A stretch of 64,000 bases of DNA from Macrostomum lignano. Its lineage: Eukaryota. A model generated the notes under the pieces. The model worked only from the letters and a program-made list of their open reading frames with translations, made no database searches and was not told where the DNA came from. This document shows, piece after piece, positions 24,012 to 37,789 of the stretch. The stretch is from the NCBI GenBank assembly GCA_002269645.1, contig NIVC01002679.1, positions 1-64,000 of the forward strand, written 5' to 3'. How positions within the stretch are numbered: position 1 is the first letter of the stretch; each line of letters opens with the position of its first letter. The position numbers were made by a program, and so were the translations under genes.

Positions 24012-24285
24012 GCCGTAGCCCAGTGGTCTGGCGTGGTGCTCTCCTCTGGTGTGCCAGCGGCCCAGGCTCGATTCCAAGTGCAGTCACTTTAATTTGGGGC
24101 TGAATTGGAATCTTGGCTTGGCTCTGCTCGTGCAATTAACACCAACCCCCAAGGCACAGTAAAGTGTACATGTCTAACAGTCTAACGATAATTAAAGTTA
24201 GGGCCGCTGTACACTCCTGTGTGAGTGTGTGCCTGCTCAGGGGAGTCAAGTGCGCTGGAATGCACACAGCCCACTGCCTCTTAAC
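24012..24285 (+). mobile_element. tRNA-derived SINE in SELENOT intron 2 (antisense)
   Basis: Box-A-like TAGCCCAGTGG and box-B-like GGCTCGATTCC; near-identical to the copies at 59505 and 62206. Confidence 0.8.
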
Positions 24286-24392
24286 TAATTGGTTCTAACC
24301 TCGGTTCCTTCAGGCTTTGATGATTTTAATACTCTTCAGCTTCAGGTCTAGGCAAGTCTACCCCCCCCCCTGAGCCCCTTACCCTCACTCAC

Positions 24393-24718
24393 CGTTAAAT
24401 GTAACCTCGAATGCGCCAGTAGAGATGAGCTGGCCCTCAACAACATTGGAGATAAAGAACAGCATCATGCAGGCGTACATGCGGTTCTGACTGGCCCACT
24501 GATACATCTGCGGCGTTTGCAGGCCCAAATATGGAAACGGATCGACGCCCATGACTATGGCCATAATTAAACCGAGCTTAGTCCACGATAGTACGGTACA
24601 CAATAGTTGTCGCCATGCGGGTGGAGGATAATTATCCCCTTCTATCTGCAGAGCTGGATACTTCTGCGACAGAGCTTGGGAGAATTCCTCAAACACCCGG
24701 CGGTAGCCTCAGGAGTAA
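24393..24718 (-). CDS. SELENOT: Selenoprotein T, exon 2, containing the Sec UGA codon at 24711-24709
   Basis: AACAG|T TAC TCC TGA GGC TAC CGC CGG GTG TTT GAG = (C)YSUGYRRVFEE..YP..IEGDNY..YACMMLFFISNVVEGQLISTGAFEVTFN; donor G|GTGAG. Confidence 0.95.
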
Positions 24719-26678
24719 CTGTTAATGGGATGAATTCAGTGCTGGCATTAAAAGCATTTAGCATTGCTATAAAAAATATATTTATTACCTGTGACCACAG
24801 ACACTAGAGTAACTAGATGGGCCACTCAGCACATTTGCGTGCAAACTACTTTCAGTTCAGTAGTAAGCTAAACTGAAGCATTTTAATGCAGTTTACAAGA
24901 CAAGGCTCATTTATAACAGATTGAACTCTCCAGCCGCGCCTTTTCAGACTACCCCTGGCCCTGCATCAACCCAATTTTTATTGCCTTTCTTGGAATTCCA
25001 GCCTAAAGTTGCCTGTACATTTCAGTAGACTGGCTGATGTACATTATTGCTGAACCAATTAGCAAGTTGTTTACGCCTGCAAGCTTGAGCTTCTAAACTT
25101 ATCAAAGTAATTTCAGCTGCCTTTATTTTCATGAATAGCTTATGTATTCCTCATTGCTACTGAACTGACAGTAGAAAGCTGTTTCACTAAGTAAATATGC
25201 CTAAGTGGCCCATCTAGTCATTCTAGTATACTAAAATAACTAGATGGGCCACTCAGACATAATACTTAGCAAAACCAGCTATCTACTTTTGGTTCAGTAG
25301 CAATGAAGAATACATAAGCTTTTTTATAAGAGGCAGCTCTAACTACATAATTATAGGTATAGAAAAACTGTGTTCTTTAGATTTGCCCTAACATGGAAAG
25401 CTAAGTTAGCAGCTAGCAGTTGGGCATACTTGGAGTTAGACATAAAAATTGCATTATTTCAATAATATTTACCCATTGAATGATTGAATGTTTATGATTG
25501 CTATTTGTAATGATAATTAAGTCTATCTAGTTAGTGCACTAAAAACTTCTTGTGGTTTTTGCAAATTTCATTTCTCAAAAACAGCTTTGAAAAATAGCTA
25601 CACTTAAAAACTGTCAAAGAATCAATTTTTTAAGCTAAAAGATGATGCTAGCCCTTTTTATGTTCTCAAATTTGATTGCCAAATTTTAGATACAAATATA
25701 AACTAACTAAAATTCAAATCAAATCAGTTTCTTTTTTACTTTTTTATTATAAGTTTGGTACCTTGAACATAACTGCTACTTGGTGCATTTCCAAGGTATC
25801 TAGACAAAGTTATATAAGCAATAAAACCATTCATTTTTGTTTAAATGATTTAAGAACAGCAACAAATACCATTTTAACAATAAATACAATGGCTATTTAC
25901 TCATTATAGATGACTAAACAATGACCTAATTATAGCTAGCCTAACTAACTCATATGCAACATCATTATCAAGCTTAGGTGCAATGAATCAACTATTAGCA
26001 ATAACTTAGAAGCCCTTATTTTACTAAGAAGCTAATGAAATGAATCCCATAGCAATTGTGACATTGCATTGCAATAATCTCCTACCTTCTCTTTTCTTTA
26101 GCCCTACCATTGCCCTTGTCCTTTTTTAAGTTGCTCTAATTCAGCTTCTTCCCTAGCCCAATCCTAATATACATCATATATTGACCTATACAATCTAGGT
26201 GCTGGCTCAAGGTGGCTTAGCCACTGACAAAAGGAGTGGGGTGGCCTTAACAAAAGAGTCTCAAGTCAATCTGGCAAAAAGTGTAAATAAATAGTGTTCA
26301 AAAAGCGTAATGTCAATAAGCCATTGAGAATATATTCAAAAATGATTATAGTATAGCAAGGGAGAATCCATGATAGCCTAGCTAAGCAAGCAAGTTCAAG
26401 CCAATCATCAAGTCAATCAAGAAGCTCTTGATCTGATCATTTTAACAATAAAGTTTATGGGCAGACACCTTATAATGACTCAATGTTAAATTTTAAAAAA
26501 TTTCATTAATTGCTGAAGCTTCACTTAGAAGACAATAAATATTTGCACATATTCTTCTCAGATACCCAAAAGCATTATAAACTAATAGAGCAACCTTTGA
26601 TAGAAGCAAATAATATTTAAAGAAAAAAGTTTAGTCTTTTGACAACTTTGGTAACAGCAACAAGATCATCTTAGAAGA

Positions 26679-27056
26679 CATACATGCGCAACCTTGGGAA
26701 TCACCTGGCTGTTTCTATTGGCAACCTATACATGTAAGTCACTATTGGCTGAGAGCAGTCACGTGACTACTATTCCATCTAATAGCAACTTACATGATGT
26801 GCATGTTGCCAATAGAAACGGCTGAGTAAATCCTAAGGTTGCATCCAAGCAGTGGCACAACCAGGGGGTGGGGGGCAGGGGGCAGTCGCCCCCCCCCCTT
26901 AGGCGGGGGACCGAAAAAAAATCAAAGGGGGACCAAGCGAATTTTTGCCAAAATTCGGGCCACCCCTCCACTGCCCCCCACCCTCCCGGGACTTTACCCT
27001 CAGAATCCACCCCCCCCCTTGAAAAATTTCTGGTTGCGCTACTGTATCCAAGCATG
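26679..27056. mobile_element. Palindromic hAT-type MITE (CATACATGCGCAAC family)
   Basis: Long inverted arms (GCAACCTT.GG..GCTGTTTCTATTGGCAAC..CATGTAAGT and its reverse complement); flanks TTAGAAGA / TTAGAAAA (8-bp TSD, 1 mismatch). Confidence 0.65.
26850..27044. mobile_element. GC-rich MITE nested in the previous element
   Basis: 15-bp TIRs CAGTGGCACAACCAG / CTGGTTGCGCTACTG (2 mismatches); 8-bp TSD CATCCAAG / TATCCAAG. Confidence 0.8.
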
Positions 27057-27399
27057 TTAGAAAATAGAAATTGGCCTTAGGACAGCTTTTGATGGCATTA
27101 GTGGAAGTATTCTAGAAGACAGAAATAACCCCAACATTAATAGCAAAGAGCAACCTTCATTTTCCCAATTAGAGTCAACACATTACTCTTTATTTCCCTG
27201 TTATTATTGAAAAAATGTTACCATGAGCTAAAAATTGGTGAAAGAAAATTGATAGAGCCAATAATATTTTAAATACTTTTTGTCACTTGTCAGGTTTAAA
27301 AAAGATAAGCATTCTAGATAAAATTTTTATTGAGTGGGAGCTTGTTCCAGAAATAATTCTATCATATTTGCAGATTTGCAATAGACATTAGAATATACA

Positions 27400-29170
<1,771 letters not shown>

Positions 29171-30019
29171 TCCTTTTCACTCTCATCTGGCCCGTAGCCA
29201 TGAGCTGGATTCTTTATCTGGCCTTTGAGATAAAAATCTGCCGATCCCTGCTTCGAAAGCCAGTTTGTGGGACGTAGTACTATCATGGTTGTTATCATTT
29301 CCCATGCTTTAATCACGTCATCTTTCTGGTCAATTAGCAGCCCTGAGAGAAATTTGTATATCTCCAGCTCCACCACCAGTCTGCAGCAGTCTAACAACCA
29401 TGGAAATACGCATTTCTTAGGAGGCCATTTAAATTTTAAAGTACCTTATGCGAATCTTAATGTTAAAATTTTTATGGTGTAACTTATTTAGTAGGATTGC
29501 ATTGTAATAAGTTATTCATTAATTTTTCGATATTTCTATAAACCATCCCACATCGCCTTGATTTGCCATCCTTGTTTAACTGCTGCAGACTTGTCTATTC
29601 AGAGGAAAGGAAAGTGGTTTAAAATTGAATCTCTCGCTAAACTCTCTCCTCTCCACTCGCGGGGGTACAGAGAAGGCTATTAAAAAGTTATTCCAAAACA
29701 CTGTACACTCGCTATGTACATTGAGCCCTATCGCCTGACCCTTCGTCTGGCTCTGGGGAATGAGTGAGTGAGTGGCACAAACAACAGAAAAAGCAGACAA
29801 ACTTCACATGCTTACAGTTTCTGTTCTGATTGAGTTAGAGAGTTGAAACTTTACATTTAGACAGAGAATGAATCAAAGAAGAATTGTGTTAAGTTAGAAG
29901 TCAATCGCTTCACGTGGAGCAAACTTATGGCAACCGAAAGTTAGGCATTTTAAAACCCGATTCACACCCTTTGCCCAGATCGGGAAAGAGAGCAGGCGGG
30001 CGGAGGTTGGGGTGGCTGC

Positions 30020-30398
30020 CTCGCTGAAAAAAACAGCCTAACTTTAAAAGTGCACAGCGGCTTTCAGGATTAACTTTGAGATTTGAAATTTTACACGATT
30101 GTGTCAAAATAGTTGAAAATTGCCTGTGTCAAATTTGAAGAGAATCGGTAGAAGTGGAGCGGCGCTATGGAGGATTTAGTGAAAAAATCGCGCATTTTGA
30201 GCAGTTTTTTGTACTTTTAGGCAGGAAGACTTGAGTCTAGGAAATTTAAAGATAGCCTAAGACATTCTCCGTAGTGAGTTTAGGGTGGGTGTAAAATTTG
30301 GTGTTGGTTGAGTGGTTTGGGAGTCCATAGCGATCAAAATTGTCCACAGACACACAGACAGACAGACAGACAGAGTTTTGATTTTTATATGTATAGAT
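30020..30398 (+). mobile_element. 3' part of a Helitron/Helentron-type non-autonomous element
   Basis: AAATTTGAAGAGAATCGG..(CAGA)n..TTTTATATGTATAGAT terminus, typical of HINE/Lep1-like elements; related to 45040-45472. Confidence 0.4.
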
Positions 30399-30446
30399 AG
30401 GTTAATGCAACAACTGCTTATATTTTTTCTAACTTAGGCCTAAAAA

Positions 30447-32524
30447 CATACATGCGCAACTTCTGAAATTACGCTGGCCGTGCGACTTAGTTTTCGATAA
30501 AAAATGCGACTTACCTATGAAAGAGCCAAGCAAAAACTTTAGGTAAACGGCAGGAGTAACTATGGCCATATTTTTAAAGCTAAATGCCTCGCCAGCTAAT
30601 TAGTGCTGCGTGCAGATTCCGCGTTTGTATAACAGCTAATCAGTGTCATCTAGTGGCGGCATGAAGCAATTAGTAAATTGTCAGTACAGTGTAGTAAGCA
30701 TACTACAAAAGTCATGATTCATGAATGTCCAGAAGTAAGTGAAGTGAATACAGTGTGACCTATAGCTCAAGAACGATTTGCTAGACGATTTGGCATGGAA
30801 GATGAGAGCCCTGATTCAGATGGCTCATCAGATGCAGAATACGAATCCAGTAGAGATACAAGCTGTGAAAACCCACAGATTTTTAAACCACTGAATTCTA
30901 ATTCCCGGAACTATTTTTGCATAGATTCTAAATTTGAAGTCATGCTCAAACAAAAACTTGTTAACAGTTAGGAAAAAGGCAAAGATGGGAGTAATGCATG
31001 TTAAACTAAGATTTGAGCCTTTGCAAATTCTCTCCATTCCTCACTCTTCTCATCCTCTTATTCTTTTCTCTCTCATCCCTTATCCCTTCTCTCTTTCCTC
31101 TCCTCTCCTATCTCTTCTGTCTCCTCTCTACATTCTTATCTCTCCTCTCGTCTCTCTCCATTCCACTCTACTCTCTCATCTTATCTTCCCTCTCGTCTCT
31201 CTCCACTCTACTCTTTCATCTTATCTCTCCTCTCTTTTCTACTCTCTCATCTCTCCTCTCTTCACTCTCCTGTCATCTCCTCTTTATCCTCTCTTCTCTC
31301 ATCTACTCTCTCCTCTTTCCTCTCTTCTGATCTCATCCATCATCTTTTCTTTCCTCTTTCCTCTAATCTCCTCTTCTCTCTCATCTCTTTTTCCTCCCTC
31401 AGCTTTTCTCTCCTCTTCTATCTTTTCTCCCATCGCATCGCTCGCCTCTCTGTTTGCTTATCTCTAATCTTCTATTCCCTCTACTTTGAAGTAAGAAAAT
31501 ATGCACATATTTTTGCTGAAGATAAGAGGAGAGAAGAGGGCATTGAGGAGAAAGGGTAGAGAGAAAGGGGGAGAAGAGAGGAGAGTAAAAATTAGAGGAG
31601 AGAGAAGAGGGAAAAGGGGGGAGAGAGAGAAGAGGGGAGGCAAGGTAGAGAAGAAGAGAGAGATGAGAGTTGAAGAGACACCAACCTTGCTAGTTAGGAA
31701 GTTTCAAAGAACCCGAGGGGCGAGGGCCAGATAGAGGGGCTTCGCGAGCCGGAGTTTGCCAACCCCTGCTCCAGAGTTTAAGAAATCAATGGGAAACTGT
31801 TGACGCGGGCTTCTGATTTCAAAGATCTTGTCTGTGGTTGAAGGCTTCTATTCTGTTTTTGCTCTCCTGCCACACTTGCACCTACTACCCCCTGATTGCC
31901 TCTGATTGTGACTTACTTCCCTCTTATAGCGACTTAGTTGCTTCTTTTTGCGACTTACCTAATCCTTTTTGCGACTTACCTAATCCTTTTTGCAACTTAC
32001 CTAATCCTTTTTGCGACTTACCTAATCCTTTTGCGACTTAACTAATCCTTTTTGCGACTTACTTAATCCTTTTTGCAACTTACTTAATCCTTTTGCAACT
32101 TAGCTGATCCTTTTGTGACTTACCTGATTCTTTTTGCGACTTACCTAATCCTTTTTGCGACTTACCTAATCCTTTTGCGACTTACCAAATCCTTTTGCGA
32201 CTTAGCTGATCCTTTTGCAACTTACCTAATCCTTTTTGCGACTTACCTAACCCTTTTGCAACTTACCTGATTCCTGTTGCGACTTACCTGATCCTTTTTG
32301 CGACTTACCTGATTATTTTTACAACTTAGTTTGCTTCTTTTGCGAATTGTTTTTCTTTTGCTTCACCATTTTCCCTGAACTGCTCTTTCTTTTGCTTTCC
32401 TCTTGCCTTTCTTGGTTCTTGTGTTTTTCTGTTTTTGGTTGATTCAATTTTGCAACTTACCCCTGGTCAGCCACGATTTACGGTGGCCGGATCGGCCAGG
32501 TCGGCCAGCAGTTGCGCATGTATG
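30447..32524. mobile_element. 2.08-kb composite non-autonomous hAT element
   Basis: Perfect 15-bp TIRs CATACATGCGCAACT (30447-30461) and AGTTGCGCATGTATG (32510-32524); perfect 8-bp TSD CCTAAAAA (30439-30446 and 32525-32532). It carries a CT-rich element, an inverted GA-rich hAT end and a minisatellite. Confidence 0.9.
31925..32330. repeat. Approx. 20-bp minisatellite (TTTTTGCGACTTACCTAATCC) inside the hAT element
   Basis: About 20 units, direct reading. Confidence 0.9.
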
Positions 32525-32631
32525 CCTAAAAATATTTTTTTATAAGAGGCAGGGGGTTGTGTGCACCCTAGCACACTTTAAGAGACAAAGGCACACAACC
32601 GGCAAGAGGCATTACTGCCCATTCCGCCAAC

Positions 32632-32906
32632 TCCCTTGAGCAAGCATACAAGCACGTGGATATGTACGCAGTCATATGCACAGGCATATACTCACATAGG
32701 AGTGTTCAGCTGCCCTAACTTTATTTTATCATTAGGCATATACACTTCACTGCACCTTGGGAGATTGGCTCTCAAGGCCATAAATTGCACAAGCAGAGCC
32801 AAGCCAAGATTCCAATTCAGCCCCAAATTAATGTGACTGCACTTGGAATCGAGCCTGGGTTGCTAGCACACCAGAGCAGCTGCGCTAGGCCTACCGCTAG
32901 GCTATG
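32632..32906 (-). mobile_element. tRNA-derived SINE, moderately decayed
   Basis: Reverse complement of the 24012/59505 family. Confidence 0.75.
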
Positions 32907-33234
32907 GCCCCCCCCTTAGGCCTACTTAGCAAAGTTTGAATTTTTTACAAACCAAAAAGCCTCAAGTAGTTTGACTTAAAACTTGATAAGTTGCATACTT
33001 GTCTAGCCCTTAATCATAGCAAATTAGAATTTTATTATATATTTAAAAAACTATTTAGGCCTAACAATAACAAATTTTAAAAGAAAGGTAGGAATTATTA
33101 CTTTTTAAGTCAAGACCCAAAGCAAGTTTAAAACTTAAAAACCTTTAGAATTAAATATATTTAAAAAAAATTGCAATTGATTTATTTGAAAAAATTGCTC
33201 TTAACAACAATGTGCTAAGGGCTAAACGCAATGT

Positions 33235-33475
33235 GCCTAATCATTTGACAGTGAACCACCAGCTGCACTTTGTGGACCCTAACCACCCAGAAGTCCACAC
33301 GAACATAGTGGAGGGCACATGGGCCCACGCTAAGGCCCATTTCAGGGCCATGCATGGCATATCCAAGGCCCTGTTCGACACCCACTTGGACAAATTTCTC
33401 TCGTGTCGCTGCTACCCGCGCAACACCTTTGGGAATATCCTTTTCTGGGTGGCGCATTATTATTCCATCTGAGGC
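33235..33475 (+). mobile_element. Merlin/ISXO2-type transposase C-terminal fragment
   Basis: HLTVNHQLHFVDPNHPEVHTNIVEGTWAHAK..FDTHLDKF matches the IS1595/Merlin TVNH..FVDP..VHTNTIEG.W..K..YL.EF motif. Confidence 0.75.
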
Positions 33476-33600
33476 ATAAAACATAAAACAAAACTGTTGT
33501 TAACTGTCATTTTAAAAACAGATTGCCCAAAAAATAATTATGGCAAAATAATAATTAAACCAAAGACAATTGACTATAGTTATAGACTAGGCCTACTTAC

Positions 33601-33779
33601 CAATAAAGAACCTTTAATGTTGGAATTGAAAGCTTAGGCTTTGGCAATGATTTTTCCTCGGGCATCATTGACTTTTCATGAGTATTTGTTTCAACATTTA
33701 AAGGAATGGATATATCCTTAAAAAGAAGCAAAACAGCTAAAAGAATGGAAGGCAATAAAAGCCTTACACTTTCAGACAT
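33601..33779 (-). CDS. SELENOT: Selenoprotein T, exon 1 (signal peptide and first Cys of CxxU)
   Basis: MSESVRLLLPSILLAVLLLFKDI..PTLKVLY-TG|GTAAGT. Phase 2 joins the T at 24718 to give TGT (Cys). The spliced product is 207 aa, and intron 1 is 8.9 kb. Confidence 0.85.
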
Positions 33780-35481
33780 GTTTTAAGCCTGGGTCAAAAC
33801 TACAATAGGCTAGAGTTAGGATTAAGCATAGAAGTTAAAAAACGAAAGAAAAAATTGCTAGGTGGCCAGGGCCAACCGGCCAAGTAGGCAGTAGACCTAA
33901 TCCCTATTTGGCTTAGGCTATCTGAACAAGTTTAGGCAGGTTACCCACACACCTTCCAACTACTACTACTGTACTTTTATTCTTGGAACGTCGCGTGAAA
34001 GCTTTCGTTTTGTTTATTTAGAAACGAACGATATATATCCCAAAATAAATTTTAGCCACTATTTTTCTATGACAAAAGATTTGTTGTCAAATTTGAAGGA
34101 ACATCAGTCAACTAATCAAACTTCATGCGGGTTTCGAACAAAAGTTATAACAAAAAAGAAGTGATAGAAGTTATGTTACTCGCTAGTTTTTTAGTAGAAA
34201 ACACAAAACAATGCATTATCAAATTTAAGCGCAACTTAATTGTTTGAAAAATTTTACAGATTAAAATTCAATATTTCCACTTTCCACTGGTGACTCGTGT
34301 CTCGTGAGGACGTGAGGTTTTAGAGGTTTTAGATTATTTTGATCTTACTACTCTTACTACATTACTCTTACTAGGCCTACATCCTACTAGGCCTACTCTT
34401 ACAATATTCTTGCTAAATTTTGATCTTGGTGCATCTAACTACTTGTAAATTTTAACCAATACAAGCTTCTAATGCATGTCAATAAATACACAGTAACAGT
34501 AACTGTCGCCTTGACGCCCTTTTGACTGTCGCCCTTGAATTTTGACTCTCGCCCTTTTGACTATCGCCCTTTTGACTGTCGCCCTTTTGATTGGTTCCCT
34601 CCCATTTTGACCAATCAATTGACCCTAGGTTATGAGGTGGTTGTCAGTCAAGGGCCTCCAGCCTACCCCACCCTTGCTTAAGCCTTAACATATTTTTTAC
34701 CTTTTAATTACCTTATATATAATAGATTATTTATTTTGGGTGACCTGTTATAAGCTAGGCCTTATTAATCAGCTTTTGCTGTTTGCTATTCTACTTTAAC
34801 TGTTCACTAAAAATCAATTGGGCTCTTGTTGTGCACCATGTATGGCACTTTATGCACGTTTATAAGCCTATATACCACAATTTTCTACTATAATATACAC
34901 CTTTTTAGGTAGGTCTATGGCTTTATTGCTTTAAAATAAAATATTTGTCTTAAACATTACCCTATTGCTATATTGAGGTAGGGGTGGAAAAGAAAAATAT
35001 AGAGAAAGAGAAATTTGGGCTTTTCAAATGGGTTAGATGTCGGTTTCATTGTCATTAGCAGAACACTGGAAAATCTTCGCGCGGTCCTAGACTTGAATTG
35101 CCGCTTGTGCTGTCTCGGTACTCTTAAAGCCGGAAAATGTACAAATTGATGCACTGACTCTTCTCCTAATCTCCTTGGATACTCCATCTGCCAGATCTTC
35201 AATTCCGGAGCCCGGAGGGGAGGGTAGTCGTAATCGCAGTCGAGCGGTCTTGTCACAGACCAAGAAATATAACTAGACTGTGCATGAGGGTAAAAAAAGT
35301 TGTGCCTTTTTCCTAGTAGGAAAAGTGGCACCCCAGTGCCCACTCCCCCATAATTGATAATTGTGCCCGGGCCTTTCTTCTTACCCTCAGCCAACTCAGC
35401 TTGTCGGGGTCTCTTTTTTCTTTATGTTCGTAACTAGTGAAAATTCAGACTCAGTAAGAAATAGGATTAACAAATCAACAA

Positions 35482-37789
35482 CTACAGATTCATTTTTAAT
35501 TTATCTAGAATTTTTTGCACGCATTTAATGGCAAATATATAGTTTATCACGGGAATAAGCTTAAACAGAATCCATTGAAGCCATAACTTACCAGCTTCCA
35601 TATGCGAATATGCTGTTCGAAGCAGCCTTTGCCTCTTGCCGGGCTTTCTTCCAGCGCGTGAAAGATCCTTAGCCAGCTTCTTCATTCGAATATTTATAAA
35701 AAGCATAGCCATTACTTGAATCAAATGCAGCTTGTGAGACTCAATGCTGATACTCGCGGATGCCCAATGAGAGTCCAGTTCAGGGAACAGATCGATTGAC
35801 ATGCGCAGAATCTCCTGAACAGCTACATCACTAGAGAATCCGCTGCTGTAGCTGGCACGCCGATCAACAGTCTCTGCATTGAGCAGCACCTGCAGGACAT
35901 TGCTGCTAGGAAAAATCAGGCCGCCAGTTCCTTCTTTGTTCAAAACATTTTTTATGGCAACGAGTGAGCATGGTCCGCGTGAAGCTCCTGGCGTCTCAGA
36001 GCTTGCAATCAGAGCTGACCTGCACGGAGCACATTCAACTGCTTTCATCATTCTTCGGACGACTGCGCCTGCGATATAGCACACGATGGACTGGCAAATT
36101 TCACACACCGATGCATTCTTGCAGTGTTGGATTGAACCCAGACTCAGTCCCATTTCATTTTGAGCTTTCATCTGCTTCCATGGCTGCTGTCCTGATGATG
36201 ATGGCAGACAAGACAATGATAACTGAATAGTGGCATCCTGCTGCCTCACATTCGGACTCACGGACTGTAGAATTCCACCTCCGGCATGCACCAACAGCTG
36301 CCTGAATGCTGAGCGAAATTGCGTGGGCATTGGGTTATGGTTCCAGCCATTTCGTAGCCTTACTGCATTAAAAAACAGTTCAAGAAAATCCTGCGAAAGC
36401 TTGTAAGTGCAAAGAAAGAAGAATTCGCCAGTCGAAAATAAATACTTAGCGAGCTCCATAATGCCATGGCAGTTGGTTATGAAGCCTAGGAAGCCAGTCT
36501 TCTTTGCGGTTTCTACTATCTTACAGCCAGCTGGAGTTTCAAGGCTACGGAGAAGTTCGATCGAGCTAGAGAAGAAATCGATCCAATCCGACTGATTGTC
36601 AGCTCTAAGCGCCATTTTGGCGCCATAACTGACCAGCTGCTTGGAATTGAAAGCGTCGAACAAATCATTCATGTGCTCAACGAAATCTGCGGTGACTAGC
36701 ACATCAGAGTGCTCAAATCCGATCACACCTTGCTGATGCACCCATCGCAAAGAGTCAGCCACTGACTTGCTAAACAGTTGTGATGCCAAATAGACCTTCA
36801 TCTTTAAATTAGCAAAGTTGATGTGATGCCTGCTTAACTTGTTTCCAAGTCGGAGTCCATGACTTTCTTGTACTTGCTGCAACATGGAAACATATTTCCA
36901 TTCAATATTTCCTCTGTTCGGCCAAACAAATCTTCCCAGTGACTGCCACTGATTGCGAATCAGCTTTAACATGTGAGGCACATCCAGGAAGGCTGCAACC
37001 TGAATGCTAGGATCGCAGGGGTGCGGGAAGCAGGCGACGACCTCGTTCGGAGAACTTATCCTGGAGCCAAGGAGTTCGATCGCTCGAATGTTGTGCTGAG
37101 TTCCATCGCATGTGAATGATGTTGCTATGACGCCAACCTGGTACAGTCGCTGAATGGATTCCTCTACAACACTCGAAAGAAATTCGCCGTCAATTCCATT
37201 CACTAGAAAATACCCTAAAGGCAGCTTCCAATAGCTCTTAAGCCCCACTGCCATCACTACCAGTGCCGAAGACGCCTCCTGATCACTTGGTTTGCCATCA
37301 CCTTTGTCAACGTAGCCAAAAAATATACCTTCGCTTGAATTCCATTCAATCATCAACTCTAGCGACATTTCATCAGCAACAATGTTGCAGTAGTCAAAGG
37401 CTTGGCCGTCAGTGGAGCTGCGTCGCCGCGAAAGTTCCTGGAAAGCCTGATCGCAAAACCCTGGAAAGCACTTTGCATTTGAGAGCCATTTTCTAAGTGA
37501 CGCAGGATGTGGAAGCTGAAAGTACTTTCGTACATACTCATAAGCCTTCGGACTATAGAAATGCAATGTAGAGGCGAATTTGCGCACTTCGTCAGAGAAC
37601 CTCTTTGTCCTTTTTCTATTGCAAGGCACGATGCTGCTCAGCAGTGAATCGGAGGTCAAGAAATTCAATCGAGATGCCGCTGCTTCGTTTAACATGCACT
37701 TGGCCTTTAGATCCAGAATTGCGTCCTTCAATGTTTTGGCTCTATGTTTAATTTGCCTGTGCTTTGAGCGCAGAGATCGAATTCTTCTT
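35482..37789 (-). mobile_element. P-element/THAP9-type transposase, uninterrupted ORF of about 770 aa
   Basis: FASTLHFYSPKAYEYVR, ADEM (D), TCDG (D), FLDVPHMLKLIRN, MKVYLASQLFSKSVA, YKLSQDFLELFF (E). Probable acceptor TTTGCAG at 37790 and possible donor at about 35590. THAP exon and TIRs not found. Confidence 0.9.
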
